From the IMG/VR virus record IMGVR_UViG_3300025628_000001: 48,707 bases of DNA; one strand, written 5' to 3'. Shown piece after piece: positions 1-8,141 of the stretch. The stretch is from a virus. Under the pieces are notes generated by a model that was not told the DNA's origin, did not search any database, and was given only the letters and a program-made list of their open reading frames with translations. Every line of letters starts with the position of its first letter. The stretch's first letter is position 1. Both the position numbers and the translations under genes were made by a program.

Positions 1-1060
1 TATTGGCTGTGATTGCAGAAGCCTGTCCTGAAGTTATTGTTGTCGGCTTATTTAATATTAACGCATCGCCAGCAGTTTCGTTCCAGTCCGATTGAACGTT
101 CTGCTCTTCGGTAGTAACGCCGACCTTTGCTGTGTTTGCGGTTACGACAAGATTGTTCTCAACCTCAGTATCAAAATCACTAATTGTGCTGGCGGCTTGA
201 GTCCCAGTGTGGTTTGTCCTATCAAGAAGTGTGGCGTCAGAACTGTTCGCCGTCGCTCCGTCGGCTACATTTAAATCGCTTCTAGTTTCACTATAAGAAC
301 GACCCTCTAAAGTATCTGAATCTGTAAACCTGGCGTAATCATATTGAACTGGAGTTCCAGAAACATCTAAAGTGCCTGTGCTCGGAGCCCCCCATGCAAT
401 ATCGGTCCCATCGCTAGTAAGAACCTGCCCGGTAGTTCCGGCGCCAAGTCTTGCAGTTGTTCCAGCGCTGGTCTTATAAATCAAATCTCCCCTTGTTGTC
501 ATTGGATCAGGAAAACCGCTCACCTTTGCAGTGTTAAACCCAACAGCTGTAACGAGAGCATTAAGGTCAACAGCCCCAACAATCGTTATCAGTCCGAGCT
601 TAGACTGTTCAGCTGAAGTGTACGGCACTGCTACGGTTATTGAGTTTGCAGTATCGTTGTAAGTAAGCGTTCCATCGAGAAGCATGGCGCCGACAATATC
701 TTGAATAGCCTCATCACTGGCACCACCTGTAACATCCCCGACATAAAGAAAAGAACCGTCGGTTAGCCAAGCATCAAACTCCGCTTTCGTATCAATCGTG
801 CTGCTAATAAAATCAGCTACCGCAGATTGAGCCGCGGTACCGAGCGCCTGAGTCGTAACGCTAGACCCGCTAATCAAAAGGTATTCACCGTCCACAGCGG
901 TCCAGCTATCCGGAAAGTCTAAAAGGTCAGTTGACTTTGCGTCCGCTGCATTTCCGATATAATCACCATTGGTGTTTGCAGCCCTGGCCGTTGTGCAAAA
1001 AATAACCAACATCGTTAAAACAACTAAAACATATGCCCAAAAAAATTTATTTTGAATCAC
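1..1060 (-). CDS. Tail fibre / receptor-binding protein, N-terminal part (gene wraps the window ends and continues 48651 down to 46370; about 1113 aa in total)
   Basis: The minus frame is open from GTG at 1060 to the window edge. GGAGGAG lies 7 nt upstream and the start overlaps the TAG of ORF 1060..1521. The frame is in phase with ORF 46370..48103 once the 56-bp end overlap is removed. Hand translation shows fibre-type motifs (TRGDLIYKTSAGTTARLGAGTTGQVLTSDG, NHTGTQAASTISDF). It is absent from the ORF track because no stop lies inside the window. Confidence 0.75.
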   Translation of the reverse strand, partial: MIQNKFFWAYVLVVLTMLVIFCTTARAANTNGDYIGNAADAKSTDLLDFPDSWTAVDGEYLLISGSSVTTQALGTAAQSAVADFISSTIDTKAEFDAWLTDGSFLYVGDVTGGASDEAIQDIVGAMLLDGTLTYNDTANSITVAVPYTSAEQSKLGLITIVGAVDLNALVTAVGFNTAKVSGFPDPMTTRGDLIYKTSAGTTARLGAGTTGQVLTSDGTDIAWGAPSTGTLDVSGTPVQYDYARFTDSDTLEGRSYSETRSDLNVADGATANSSDATLLDRTNHTGTQAASTISDFDTEVENNLVVTANTAKVGVTTEEQNVQSDWNETAGDALILNKPTTITSGQASAITAN

Positions 1061-1521
1061 TATGATCTCCTCCAACTTCCTACCATGTTAAGTAGTATCC
1101 ATCTTTTTATTGAAAAAACAGGCTGAAGAGTTACAGACACATAAACCTGATCCGTATCGTTATAAATGCTTCCACCCTCAACGCCAAAGCCAACATAATC
1201 GCTTGCGTCGCCATCGATAATCAATTTCCCAGCGCCAAGTTTTGCCAGGGTAATCGGTGCTATCATGCCAGAGATTATTGCTGGCAGCGTAAAAGTCCTA
1301 TCCTCGGTAGGATGAGTCATGCCAATTGTTTTACCCACACCAAGGTCCGCAGCCAAAACAGAGTAATCAATTTCTTTAATGCTAAAAGCCGAATCAGCCT
1401 GACCAGCAGTAACTGTGACAGGATACTCCCCAAACTCAAGAATAAGCTCAGAGGCTAAGGATGCACTTATTAAGTCGATCTCTACCGTTTCCTGTAAAAA
1501 ATCAAGATATATATCGCCCAT
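1060..1521 (-). CDS. Hypothetical protein (153 aa), likely fibre/tail-associated by position
   Basis: Track ORF. Its start overlaps the stop of the upstream ORF (TAATG) and its stop overlaps the fibre start, which suggests translational coupling. Confidence 0.65.
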   Translation of the reverse strand: MGDIYLDFLQETVEIDLISASLASELILEFGEYPVTVTAGQADSAFSIKEIDYSVLAADLGVGKTIGMTHPTEDRTFTLPAIISGMIAPITLAKLGAGKLIIDGDASDYVGFGVEGGSIYNDTDQVYVSVTLQPVFSIKRWILLNMVGSWRRS

Positions 1522-1952
1522 TATTCATCCACCTGAACAAGATCCTGGAGTTGTTTCCATGCAAAAGTTTCGCTGCTCATAATATTCCCAGCACTATCCT
1601 TGATTTGAAATTCAGCAAAATATTTTTCTCCGACTTCATTAACGGCAAAATCCATGTCTTCAGCAGAACAGTTGGTATTTGACAACCCGTTTGCATAAGG
1701 AGCTGTATGCTCCGTAGGGCCGATCTCTTTAAGCAATAACGCACCATTCTGGGCCAAGATACTATTGTCCGGATCAGCTTCAACCGCCACATCAGGGTCT
1801 GCTTCTTGTATCTTAATCGTGAACCAGATCGTCGCACCTGTAATATTAATCGGCTCATATGTGATAGCGCCAGTATCCGGGTCAACGGTTTTTGTTCGTA
1901 CCCTTATAATGCTATTGAAGGAATCGCCCTTTTTATGTGTGATAACGTTCAT
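1521..1952 (-). CDS. Hypothetical protein (143 aa), possibly an Ig-like virion-associated domain
   Basis: Track ORF with ATGA overlap with the endolysin stop. The N-terminal KGDSF...ITGATIWFTIK pattern resembles Ig-like phage tail domains. This is a weak call made by eye. Confidence 0.55.
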   Translation of the reverse strand: MNVITHKKGDSFNSIIRVRTKTVDPDTGAITYEPINITGATIWFTIKIQEADPDVAVEADPDNSILAQNGALLLKEIGPTEHTAPYANGLSNTNCSAEDMDFAVNEVGEKYFAEFQIKDSAGNIMSSETFAWKQLQDLVQVDE

Positions 1953-2701
1953 GCTTCTCCCCTTGGATCGCCGACCAAATATTGGCCTGTAAAATTTTTA
2001 TGAGCCGTGCTTGTCTTCTTGCCGGAAATTCCGTCCATTTTCAGTTCTGGATCCGGCTTAATATTTGCGTTTAAAAACATCTGATAAACAAGAACATCTT
2101 CATTCCTGGCCAAATAAGTCACAGGCCAAGGTTTTTGGGGGCCAGGAGCATAAATCCCCTTTTCCATAAGTTTATGTAAAATAACATAAGCACCTGCCTG
2201 CTTAGAGCGCAGGATCGGGCTGTATTCGCCATCTGAGCCATAAAGACCGAGATCGACACCCCATTGGCAGCCAGAGAACAAATAAGGGCTTAAAAGACCG
2301 TTGTTGCGATATCCGAAGCCATTGTGCCGTTCAAGATGATAACCCATCACCCCGACATCCCAATGATCGACGGTCACATAGTTTTGAAGGCCCTCAATTG
2401 CCGCAGTATGCCAGAACTTCCATGGGCCATGTCCTTTCGGCACGATTGTCGTCATCTCGTCAAGGCGCTGTCCGTTTAATATCTGCCGGTCGAAACTGCA
2501 GTCGCATTCCATTTCATGGATAAGCGCAGTAAAAACCCAGGGGATTCCAGTCTCTCCTTCGACGGCTTTATATTGGTTTATGCCAAAAATAATTCTCTCA
2601 ACACAGATTTTCAGCTGATATTCAAAATCAGCAGAAGGAGTAATTCCATCAAAATACCTTTGATATTCATTTGGAGTTAAGCAATAAAGTCTTTTTGTCA
2701 T
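1949..2701 (-). CDS. Endolysin: lysozyme-family peptidoglycan hydrolase (COG5526-like) with a C-terminal peptidoglycan-binding repeat
   Basis: Motifs seen: IHEMECDCSF...LNGQRL...VPKGHGPW, ERHNGFGYRNNGLLSPYLFSG, and a C-terminal MDGISGKKTSTAHKNFTG (PG_binding_1-like). The likely start is the ATG at 2701 (MTKRLY), which forms an ATGA overlap with the terL stop. The track ORF begins 25 codons earlier. Confidence 0.75.
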   Translation of the reverse strand: MTKRLYCLTPNEYQRYFDGITPSADFEYQLKICVERIIFGINQYKAVEGETGIPWVFTALIHEMECDCSFDRQILNGQRLDEMTTIVPKGHGPWKFWHTAAIEGLQNYVTVDHWDVGVMGYHLERHNGFGYRNNGLLSPYLFSGCQWGVDLGLYGSDGEYSPILRSKQAGAYVILHKLMEKGIYAPGPQKPWPVTYLARNEDVLVYQMFLNANIKPDPELKMDGISGKKTSTAHKNFTGQYLVGDPRGEA

Positions 2702-4617
2702 GACCAACCCTCTCCAAGTTCTCCGGAATAAACAACTTCTGCGGCTTTTTTCTGAGCAATTCGCCATGCAAGACAACCTTCCGGGATTTCCGGAGCGCTA
2801 GATTCTTTAATTCGTTCTTTTTCTGATAACGCCAGACTTGCCAAGGCATCTGCAACAACTTCATCACCATGAGCGGATTTTGCGCCAGATGGATCCTGAG
2901 AGTTCGCGGCCTTTGAATGTTCAACTAACCCACCCGGTTTAACAATGAATTGCAGGCATTCGATATATGCCGGGGCAGACCTGTTAATAAACGTCTGAGA
3001 GCCCAAAGCATCCCGATAATTTTCAAACACATGCGTCCTGGCTTCCGGATTAAGAAAATAACCGGGTTCGTCAGTTACACGCTGGCCGACCTTCTTTTCC
3101 ATCTTGCGGTAATAAATATTTCCATAACCTGTTGCCATGACTCTCATCGTAAAAGTTTTTCCAGTGGGCCCTGACGCATCCCAGATCATAAAAGCGTTAT
3201 TAAAGAATTTTGCAAGGGCCATCGTATAGTTAGCGAATCCGTTTGGTCTGACGTGAGGTGTCCTCAAAACACCAATTTTTTCTCCGGTTGCGATATTAAC
3301 AATCGATGACACGGAATTTGATGCACCAGTTCCAGCAGAAACATCTGACCCGATAGCAAATTTCATGTCATGAGGAATTTTCCCAGAAGAATTTAAAGGC
3401 AGCCAAAGAGAAATATCGCCATGAATGTTTTCAGTGAAGCGTTTCGGGATTTGTGTTTCTGGATCAAATTCAAGATCCCCGATTAATATCGGTGGCCGTG
3501 CGTTCTTTTTCCGCAAAATGTCGATCGTCTCCGAATCGAAAAACTGATAATCAGAACCCAGAAAATCAATGTCAAGTTCCTGTGCAATCTCCATTTCCGA
3601 CACGCATCTTGAACATTCGTTGTCATACCATGGACTTCTGGTCTTTCCATCAAGGCGAAAAGGATAGTCTTCCGGAAATTTTACTTCCCGAGCTTCTTCC
3701 CCCTTTTTCCGAACAGTAACAACAGTACTATAACCGTCAAGGAGTTCTAGTTTCCCATCTTTGTCAGCCCGGTATAGACCTTTGTTATATTCCGGATGTG
3801 AGGTCCAGTGCAGTCGAATGTTTCTGGCTGATGAATTATGGCAAATTTCATAAAAGGCATTATTTGCGCCCTGAGGTGTAGAGTTAAATCCACGGCATTT
3901 CGTTGTGTCCCGGGTCGCTCTTAAAACTTTAAAGCCGTCATTTATATCGAAAGCTGCATGTTCGTCAATGAACATCGCGGTCCGTCGATCGCCGCGGCCA
4001 GCGTCACCAGTCGTTGACTCACCGTCAATAACACTATCGTTATCAGCGTTCGCTAAATGAAGAAGTCTTCTCCCGGGATCTTTGTCCGCCATCCATCTTC
4101 CGGTCGGGAGTAACCATTTCGGCTGATATTTATGTAAAAAATCTATTTTCCAAAAAAGCGTTTTTGGGTTTCCGGACTCATCAACATATTTCTCGTTTCT
4201 CGATATAAGTAAAAAACTCAAATCTTTCTTAAAATGCCAAAACCACTCAAAAACCGTCAGACCCATCCATGATGCACCCATAGTCCTCGATTTCGGCACA
4301 ACAAAATCCTCACCGGATTGAATACAATCGGCCATGGATAACATCGCTTCGTCTTGAAAGTCATAAGTAATAAAAGGAAGTACAGGAGTTTTATGGCGAG
4401 GATCATACGTCCAGCAGAAAGTATTGATATAAAACATCAAATCATCAGCGCACATCTGCTTAACCGCGGCTGCTTTAAAAGGATCGCTCCGGCAGATTGA
4501 AAGGACATTTTTCCGGAATGTTAAATTTGCAGCCATACTTTTCGGAACCATGCCGTAATGTGGGCAAGACATCGATCCCAAAACAGTTAAAACCGCCACT
4601 AAAAACCATTTCCGCAT
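2698..4617 (-). CDS. terL: Terminase large subunit
   Basis: 639-aa ORF with a P-loop-like VPKSRTMGASW, a Walker-B-like AMFIDEHAAF and a C-terminal nuclease-like IGSDVSAGTGASNS. It lies downstream of a small basic/acidic protein. The true start may be an internal Met (M16, M23 or M28). The hydrophobic first 15 aa are probably not real. Confidence 0.85.
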   Translation of the reverse strand: MRKWFLVAVLTVLGSMSCPHYGMVPKSMAANLTFRKNVLSICRSDPFKAAAVKQMCADDLMFYINTFCWTYDPRHKTPVLPFITYDFQDEAMLSMADCIQSGEDFVVPKSRTMGASWMGLTVFEWFWHFKKDLSFLLISRNEKYVDESGNPKTLFWKIDFLHKYQPKWLLPTGRWMADKDPGRRLLHLANADNDSVIDGESTTGDAGRGDRRTAMFIDEHAAFDINDGFKVLRATRDTTKCRGFNSTPQGANNAFYEICHNSSARNIRLHWTSHPEYNKGLYRADKDGKLELLDGYSTVVTVRKKGEEAREVKFPEDYPFRLDGKTRSPWYDNECSRCVSEMEIAQELDIDFLGSDYQFFDSETIDILRKKNARPPILIGDLEFDPETQIPKRFTENIHGDISLWLPLNSSGKIPHDMKFAIGSDVSAGTGASNSVSSIVNIATGEKIGVLRTPHVRPNGFANYTMALAKFFNNAFMIWDASGPTGKTFTMRVMATGYGNIYYRKMEKKVGQRVTDEPGYFLNPEARTHVFENYRDALGSQTFINRSAPAYIECLQFIVKPGGLVEHSKAANSQDPSGAKSAHGDEVVADALASLALSEKERIKESSAPEIPEGCLAWRIAQKKAAEVVYSGELGEGWS

Positions 4618-5318
4618 AGTTTTTCAGCCTCTTTACTGATGCTCAACAATTCATCAATAACTTCAGTCGTTTTACTACCGTCTGTGTCCTTTTCGCCTTT
4701 AGATGCTTCCATTTGCGCTCGACTCGGAAGCAATTTTGTAAATGTCGTCTTCCAAAATTCTGCGGCGGACATATTACTCTGTCTGCAATGGGCCAATAAC
4801 CCCCACGCAGATCCGTCTGGACATTCCGCAATCGATGGATCGTTTACCATCATGTTTCTGGCAACCCACCTTATAATCTCAACTTCAGTAGCCTGCTTCC
4901 CTTCAAATACACTTAAATCAACAGGCTTTAAAGGATCTGCCGTTGCTGATAGGCCAGCCAGAAGCTTTCTAACCTCCGGCTGACCATCATCGGAGACAAC
5001 ACCATTTTCAGAACCCACGACAGGTTTCTTTTCAGGACTTAAATCCTGTTTCTTATCATTTTTGTTTTTTGAAGTTTTTTCCGTAGCCGGCTTTGTCTCT
5101 GTCCTTTTACGACTTCCAGACTGGCCAATAACTTTAGGAGGATTTTTGAAAAACTCTGCGACGGCTCTGGCTTGAGCCTCCTTAGGAGAACAACCCTGGA
5201 GCTTTAACTCATCTCGTAAACGAATGAATCCGGGCCATTGTCCAGCCTCCTTTAATTGATTCTTTAAAGATTCGCTTAATTTCGCCATGTCTACCATATA
5301 GCCTCTGATATTTTTCAT
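4599..5318 (-). CDS. Putative terminase small subunit / DNA-binding packaging protein
   Basis: The call rests on position immediately upstream of, and overlapping, terL. It has a helical N-terminus and a K-rich linker. The start is more likely the ATG at 5297 (MVDMAKL), which is preceded by AGAGG. Confidence 0.4.
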   Translation of the reverse strand: MKNIRGYMVDMAKLSESLKNQLKEAGQWPGFIRLRDELKLQGCSPKEAQARAVAEFFKNPPKVIGQSGSRKRTETKPATEKTSKNKNDKKQDLSPEKKPVVGSENGVVSDDGQPEVRKLLAGLSATADPLKPVDLSVFEGKQATEVEIIRWVARNMMVNDPSIAECPDGSAWGLLAHCRQSNMSAAEFWKTTFTKLLPSRAQMEASKGEKDTDGSKTTEVIDELLSISKEAEKLCGNGF

Positions 5319-5678
5319 GTCAAGTAAAAACTATAAAACTTTTTTATAATTCCCTGCTTTCTTGAGAACATTGTAAAATTTTTTTATATATTTTTTTGGG
5401 TTTTTGTCTCTAATAAATTTATATCAGGGAAAAGTGTGCAGCGCTATACACAATTTTATATATTTTTGGGACTTTTCCGGCTAAACAAATAAAACGTAAA
5501 CCGGCAAATTAGCCGCTTACCCACTTTTTTTAAGTTTACATTATGAATTACCTTCGATTATCGACACGGAAGGGCTGAGGTAACTAGGGACTCCAACAGC
5601 TTTCGGGCCGGGGGGTGTGGTAAGAAAATCCCAGGCCAAAATAAAAAGAAATAAGATAATAAATCATCTAATCAAATT

Positions 5679-5772
5679 ACAGCCCACAGCCTCACAGCTC
5701 ACCACCTCACAGCACAGCTCACAGCACAGGACCCGCACTGCCCACAGCCCACCACACCACATGACAGCCCAT
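5679..5772. repeat. C/A-rich pentamer-periodic tract (CACAG/CTCAC-type units; G-rich on the minus strand)
   Basis: The sequence reads cagcc cacag cctca cagct cacca cctca cagca cagct cacag cacag ... cagcc cacca cacca. GCTGTGAG occurs three times on the minus strand. Confidence 0.85.
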
Positions 5773-6291
5773 GTATTATAGGTGATATTGGTATTGTGTT
5801 ACTTACCAAGCGAACGCTTGGACATTATCGCAGCTCAACTAGTTATAAAGCCAAGATCTAACAGGTCCATAAGCAGATAACCAGAACGGCCTGACTACCC
5901 ACCACCTCCACCTATACACACGGGAGGCCAAAACACTCCAAATTTATAACCCCTAACCCCCTGATATACCTTCATAAAGGGCCAAGTTTATACGATTTAT
6001 AACTTGTGATTATAAATTTACCCTCTGTCTAACTACCTGTTATTACTTTATAAAACACCTCTTTTTATCAAGTTTATAATTTATAACCCGTTACCCCCAT
6101 ACAATAAAAAGTCTAAATCAACATAAATTCACAGAATAATTAACACAATAGTATTTAAAAAAAAAAAAAATATAATAATAAAATAACACTACACTACTCA
6201 AGCAAAATCAAGCACTTAGCAACATTTCAAGTTTATAATAAGTGCAATATGAAGAGCTATAAACTTATAAACTTCTCCCTGTACCACGAAT

Positions 6292-6307
6292 AGGTTGTTG
6301 ACAACCT
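6292..6307. promoter_or_regulatory. Palindromic operator candidate AGGTTGT-TG-ACAACCT overlapping the -35 box
   Basis: Perfect 7-bp inverted arms around a 2-bp centre, containing TTGACA. Confidence 0.5.
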
Positions 6308-6326
6308 CGCCTTAGTAATATATAAG
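6298..6326 (+). promoter_or_regulatory. Sigma70-type early promoter (TTGACA, 17 nt spacer, TATAAG)
   Basis: Consensus -35 at 6298..6303 and a near-consensus -10 at 6321..6326. It sits about 35 nt upstream of the first rightward ORF (RBS GGAGG at 6351, ATG at 6363). Confidence 0.6.
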
Positions 6327-6362
6327 TACAGGTAGAATATAAACAATATTGGAGGTTACACC

Positions 6363-6533
6363 ATGCCAAGAACATCAAACAATATAACAGACAAAACGGG
6401 CAGAATAATTGATGGTTATGATTATGATTTGCAGGTCTGGATTTTGTCCGGCAGATATCAAAACTGTGGACATCCTGAAGACATGAATTGTGATTGTTTT
6501 GGCCGACTACATCAGGGAGAGGAAAACAAATAA
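6363..6533 (+). CDS. Small early protein (56 aa), Cys/His-rich
   Basis: GGAGG lies 7 nt upstream of the ATG. Hand translation: MPRTSNNITDKTGRIIDGYDYDLQVWILSGRYQNCGHPEDMNCDCFGRLHQGEENK. It falls below the ORF-track size cut-off. Confidence 0.6.
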   Translation: MPRTSNNITDKTGRIIDGYDYDLQVWILSGRYQNCGHPEDMNCDCFGRLHQGEENK

Positions 6534-6535
6534 TC

Positions 6536-6679
6536 ATGAAATTAACAAGTGATGGATATATCTTGAAAGTAATTAAATCGACCTATTATAAAACATTAAA
6601 TATTACTTGCAGTCTGGTATTAAAAAGACTTCCAGACGGCAGAAAAACAAAGTTAAATATTATAACGAAAGGCCAGTAA
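6536..6679 (+). CDS. Small early protein (47 aa)
   Basis: The ATG lies 2 nt after the preceding stop (MKLTSDGYILK...). This is the internal Met of track ORF 6494..6679. Confidence 0.5.
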   Translation: MKLTSDGYILKVIKSTYYKTLNITCSLVLKRLPDGRKTKLNIITKGQ

Positions 6680-7027
6680 ATGAAAATTGAAACATTAAAA
6701 GAATTATCAAAACTATCTGACCGCATTTTAGACATTGCGGACAAATTCGACGAACTCACCACTTCAGACCTTCAGGGCATTATTGGGGCTGTTCTTCTGG
6801 ACGCTTTCAACCTTGAAAGAATTAAGAAACCCAAACCCACACCCACAGCAGGAGCAGGAAACAAGAAGAAATTTAATTATGTTGATGAACAGTTTAAAAA
6901 AATTGTTCCTTATGATTCTGGATATAAAGCCACGATCAAAATCATGACAACCGCAGGCCATACAAACAACATGGATATAACCGTTCCACAACTTAATAAA
7001 ATCAAATTAATCTTAGCAGGAGAATGA
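6680..7027 (+). CDS. Hypothetical early protein (115 aa)
   Basis: Track ORF that starts directly after the preceding stop. Confidence 0.65.
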   Translation: MKIETLKELSKLSDRILDIADKFDELTTSDLQGIIGAVLLDAFNLERIKKPKPTPTAGAGNKKKFNYVDEQFKKIVPYDSGYKATIKIMTTAGHTNNMDITVPQLNKIKLILAGE

Positions 7028-7028
7028 C

Positions 7029-7187
7029 ATGGTAAAAGAAAACTTTCAGAAAATGACAACAATTGAATTGTTGCAACATGATAAAGTCTGGGAAAATAAC
7101 GGCAAATATACCCTGAGATATTTGGTAAATAAGTTAATAAAAGATCGTGAAGAACTTCAAACAATAATTGATTCACTCTTAAAATAA
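7029..7187 (+). CDS. Small early protein (52 aa)
   Basis: Hand translation MVKENFQKMTTIELLQHDKVWENNGKYTLRYLVNKLIKDREELQTIIDSLLK. It is tightly packed after the previous stop. Confidence 0.5.
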   Translation: MVKENFQKMTTIELLQHDKVWENNGKYTLRYLVNKLIKDREELQTIIDSLLK

Positions 7188-7201
7188 CTGGAGGCCATAC
7201 C

Positions 7202-7360
7202 ATGACAGAATTAACAAAACAAAATATTTATGACTGGTTAGGCTCTGACAACACCGAAGCCCAAGCCGTTGAGATCATCCAAGATTTAGCCAATGGGAAT
7301 TATGATATTGAAGCCCTGAAAAGTGATATCTCAGGATATCAAGATAATTTGAAGCCATAA
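7202..7360 (+). CDS. Small acidic early protein (52 aa)
   Basis: A GGAGG-containing CTGGAGGCC lies 7 nt upstream. Hand translation MTELTKQNIYDWLGSDNTEAQAVEIIQDLANGNYDIEALKSDISGYQDNLKP. Confidence 0.55.
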   Translation: MTELTKQNIYDWLGSDNTEAQAVEIIQDLANGNYDIEALKSDISGYQDNLKP

Positions 7361-7429
7361 CCCATGATGATATTTGTCAAACTTGTGAGACTATCGCTAA
7401 AAAATTGAACTTAACTATCGGGGCAAAAC

Positions 7430-7609
7430 ATGCACGTTTACAGCAAAGACATTAACAATAAAAGAATAGTTCTAACTGAAGTAAAAGGCATTTGGAAACT
7501 GACTGTAATTAATAGATCAAGTAATAATTATACAACATCAAAAGTATATGGAAAGGATGAAAAAAAGGCCCGGGCAGAATATAAACAGAAAATAAAAGAT
7601 AATTCTTAA
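7430..7609 (+). CDS. Small basic early protein (59 aa)
   Basis: Hand translation MHVYSKDINNKRIVLTEVKGIWKLTVINRSSNNYTTSKVYGKDEKKARAEYKQKIKDNS. It is followed by a hairpin. Confidence 0.5.
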   Translation: MHVYSKDINNKRIVLTEVKGIWKLTVINRSSNNYTTSKVYGKDEKKARAEYKQKIKDNS

Positions 7610-7618
7610 AAGCTTGAG

Positions 7619-7653
7619 GAAATAAGCGCACCTGCTTATTTCTTAAACTTTTT
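7619..7653 (+). terminator. Hairpin GAAATAAGC-gcacct-GCTTATTTC followed by TTAAACTTTTT (attenuator/terminator candidate)
   Basis: Perfect 9-bp stem. A near-identical element lies at 8118..8141. Confidence 0.45.
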
Positions 7654-7674
7654 AATAATAACAGGAGACATAAA

Positions 7675-8100
7675 ATGAAATATACAGAACTAAAAGCAAA
7701 GCATTCGGCCGAAGTAAACAACTTCCCCATGGCCTTCTCTTTCTCAGACGATCAGCTTGTTAAGGCTTTGAAAAAATTAAATGTAAAACGTGAAAACATG
7801 GAGGCGGAACTTATGGGCCTTGACGGTGGCGGAATGATCCGAAAAACGGACGTAGAAGCTTTTGACAACATGTTTGCAAGACACCGGACAGAACGGGCCG
7901 AAGCCTTTAAAGACGACGAATTTTTAATTAATGCGATTAATTACGAACTGGGAAATCATGAATTTATTATAACTTATGACCCACAGCCAGTAATTGACGC
8001 GCTCAACCTTGATATTGAAGACGAACGGGTTTTGAAATGTTTTTGTATTGCAAGAAAAAAATATCTGGAATGGCAGGAAGAACACGGCTGTTTTGCATAA
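7675..8100 (+). CDS. Hypothetical early protein (141 aa)
   Basis: Track ORF with AGGAGAC upstream. Confidence 0.7.
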   Translation: MKYTELKAKHSAEVNNFPMAFSFSDDQLVKALKKLNVKRENMEAELMGLDGGGMIRKTDVEAFDNMFARHRTERAEAFKDDEFLINAINYELGNHEFIITYDPQPVIDALNLDIEDERVLKCFCIARKKYLEWQEEHGCFA

Positions 8101-8117
8101 CTTTTTAAACTTTTTAG

Positions 8118-8141
8118 GAAATAGGCTTAAGGGCTTATTTC
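8118..8141 (+). terminator. Second copy of the GAAATA(A/G)GC...GCTTATTTC hairpin
   Basis: 9-bp stem with one G-U pair. It is preceded by the same TTAAACTTTTTA motif that follows the first copy. Confidence 0.4.

Larger units (their letters stand above)
5319..6362. promoter_or_regulatory. About 1-kb non-coding divergent control region (candidate origin / pac / promoter region)
   Basis: No credible ORF lies here. The region is AT-rich and its plus strand is G-depleted. It contains AAGTTTATAA-type repeats in both orientations, a duplicated 21-mer, an A13 run and small palindromes. Confidence 0.7.

Noticed and set aside
4536-4617. Signal-peptide-like N-terminus of the terminase track ORF (MRKWFLVAVLTVLGS).
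   Set aside because: A terminase is cytoplasmic. The segment overlaps the end of the upstream gene, and internal Met codons (M16, M23, M28) give a more typical N-terminus. It is probably an ORF-extension artefact.
5280-5330. TTGACA, 17 nt, TATATG on the minus strand overlapping the first codons of the terS candidate.
   Set aside because: It would start transcription inside the ORF. This is most likely a chance match in AT-rich sequence, and I cannot support it as a promoter.
5520-5640. Possible tRNA or structured RNA in the GC-richer patch (gggccggggggtgtgg) of the non-coding region.
   Set aside because: I could not fold a cloverleaf or find T-loop/D-loop consensus by eye. It would need tRNAscan or Infernal to revisit.
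6265-6537. Minus-strand 90-aa track ORF in the control region.
   Set aside because: It runs antisense across the early promoter, the RBS and the first early ORF. It has no RBS and a Cys/Leu-rich, low-plausibility product.
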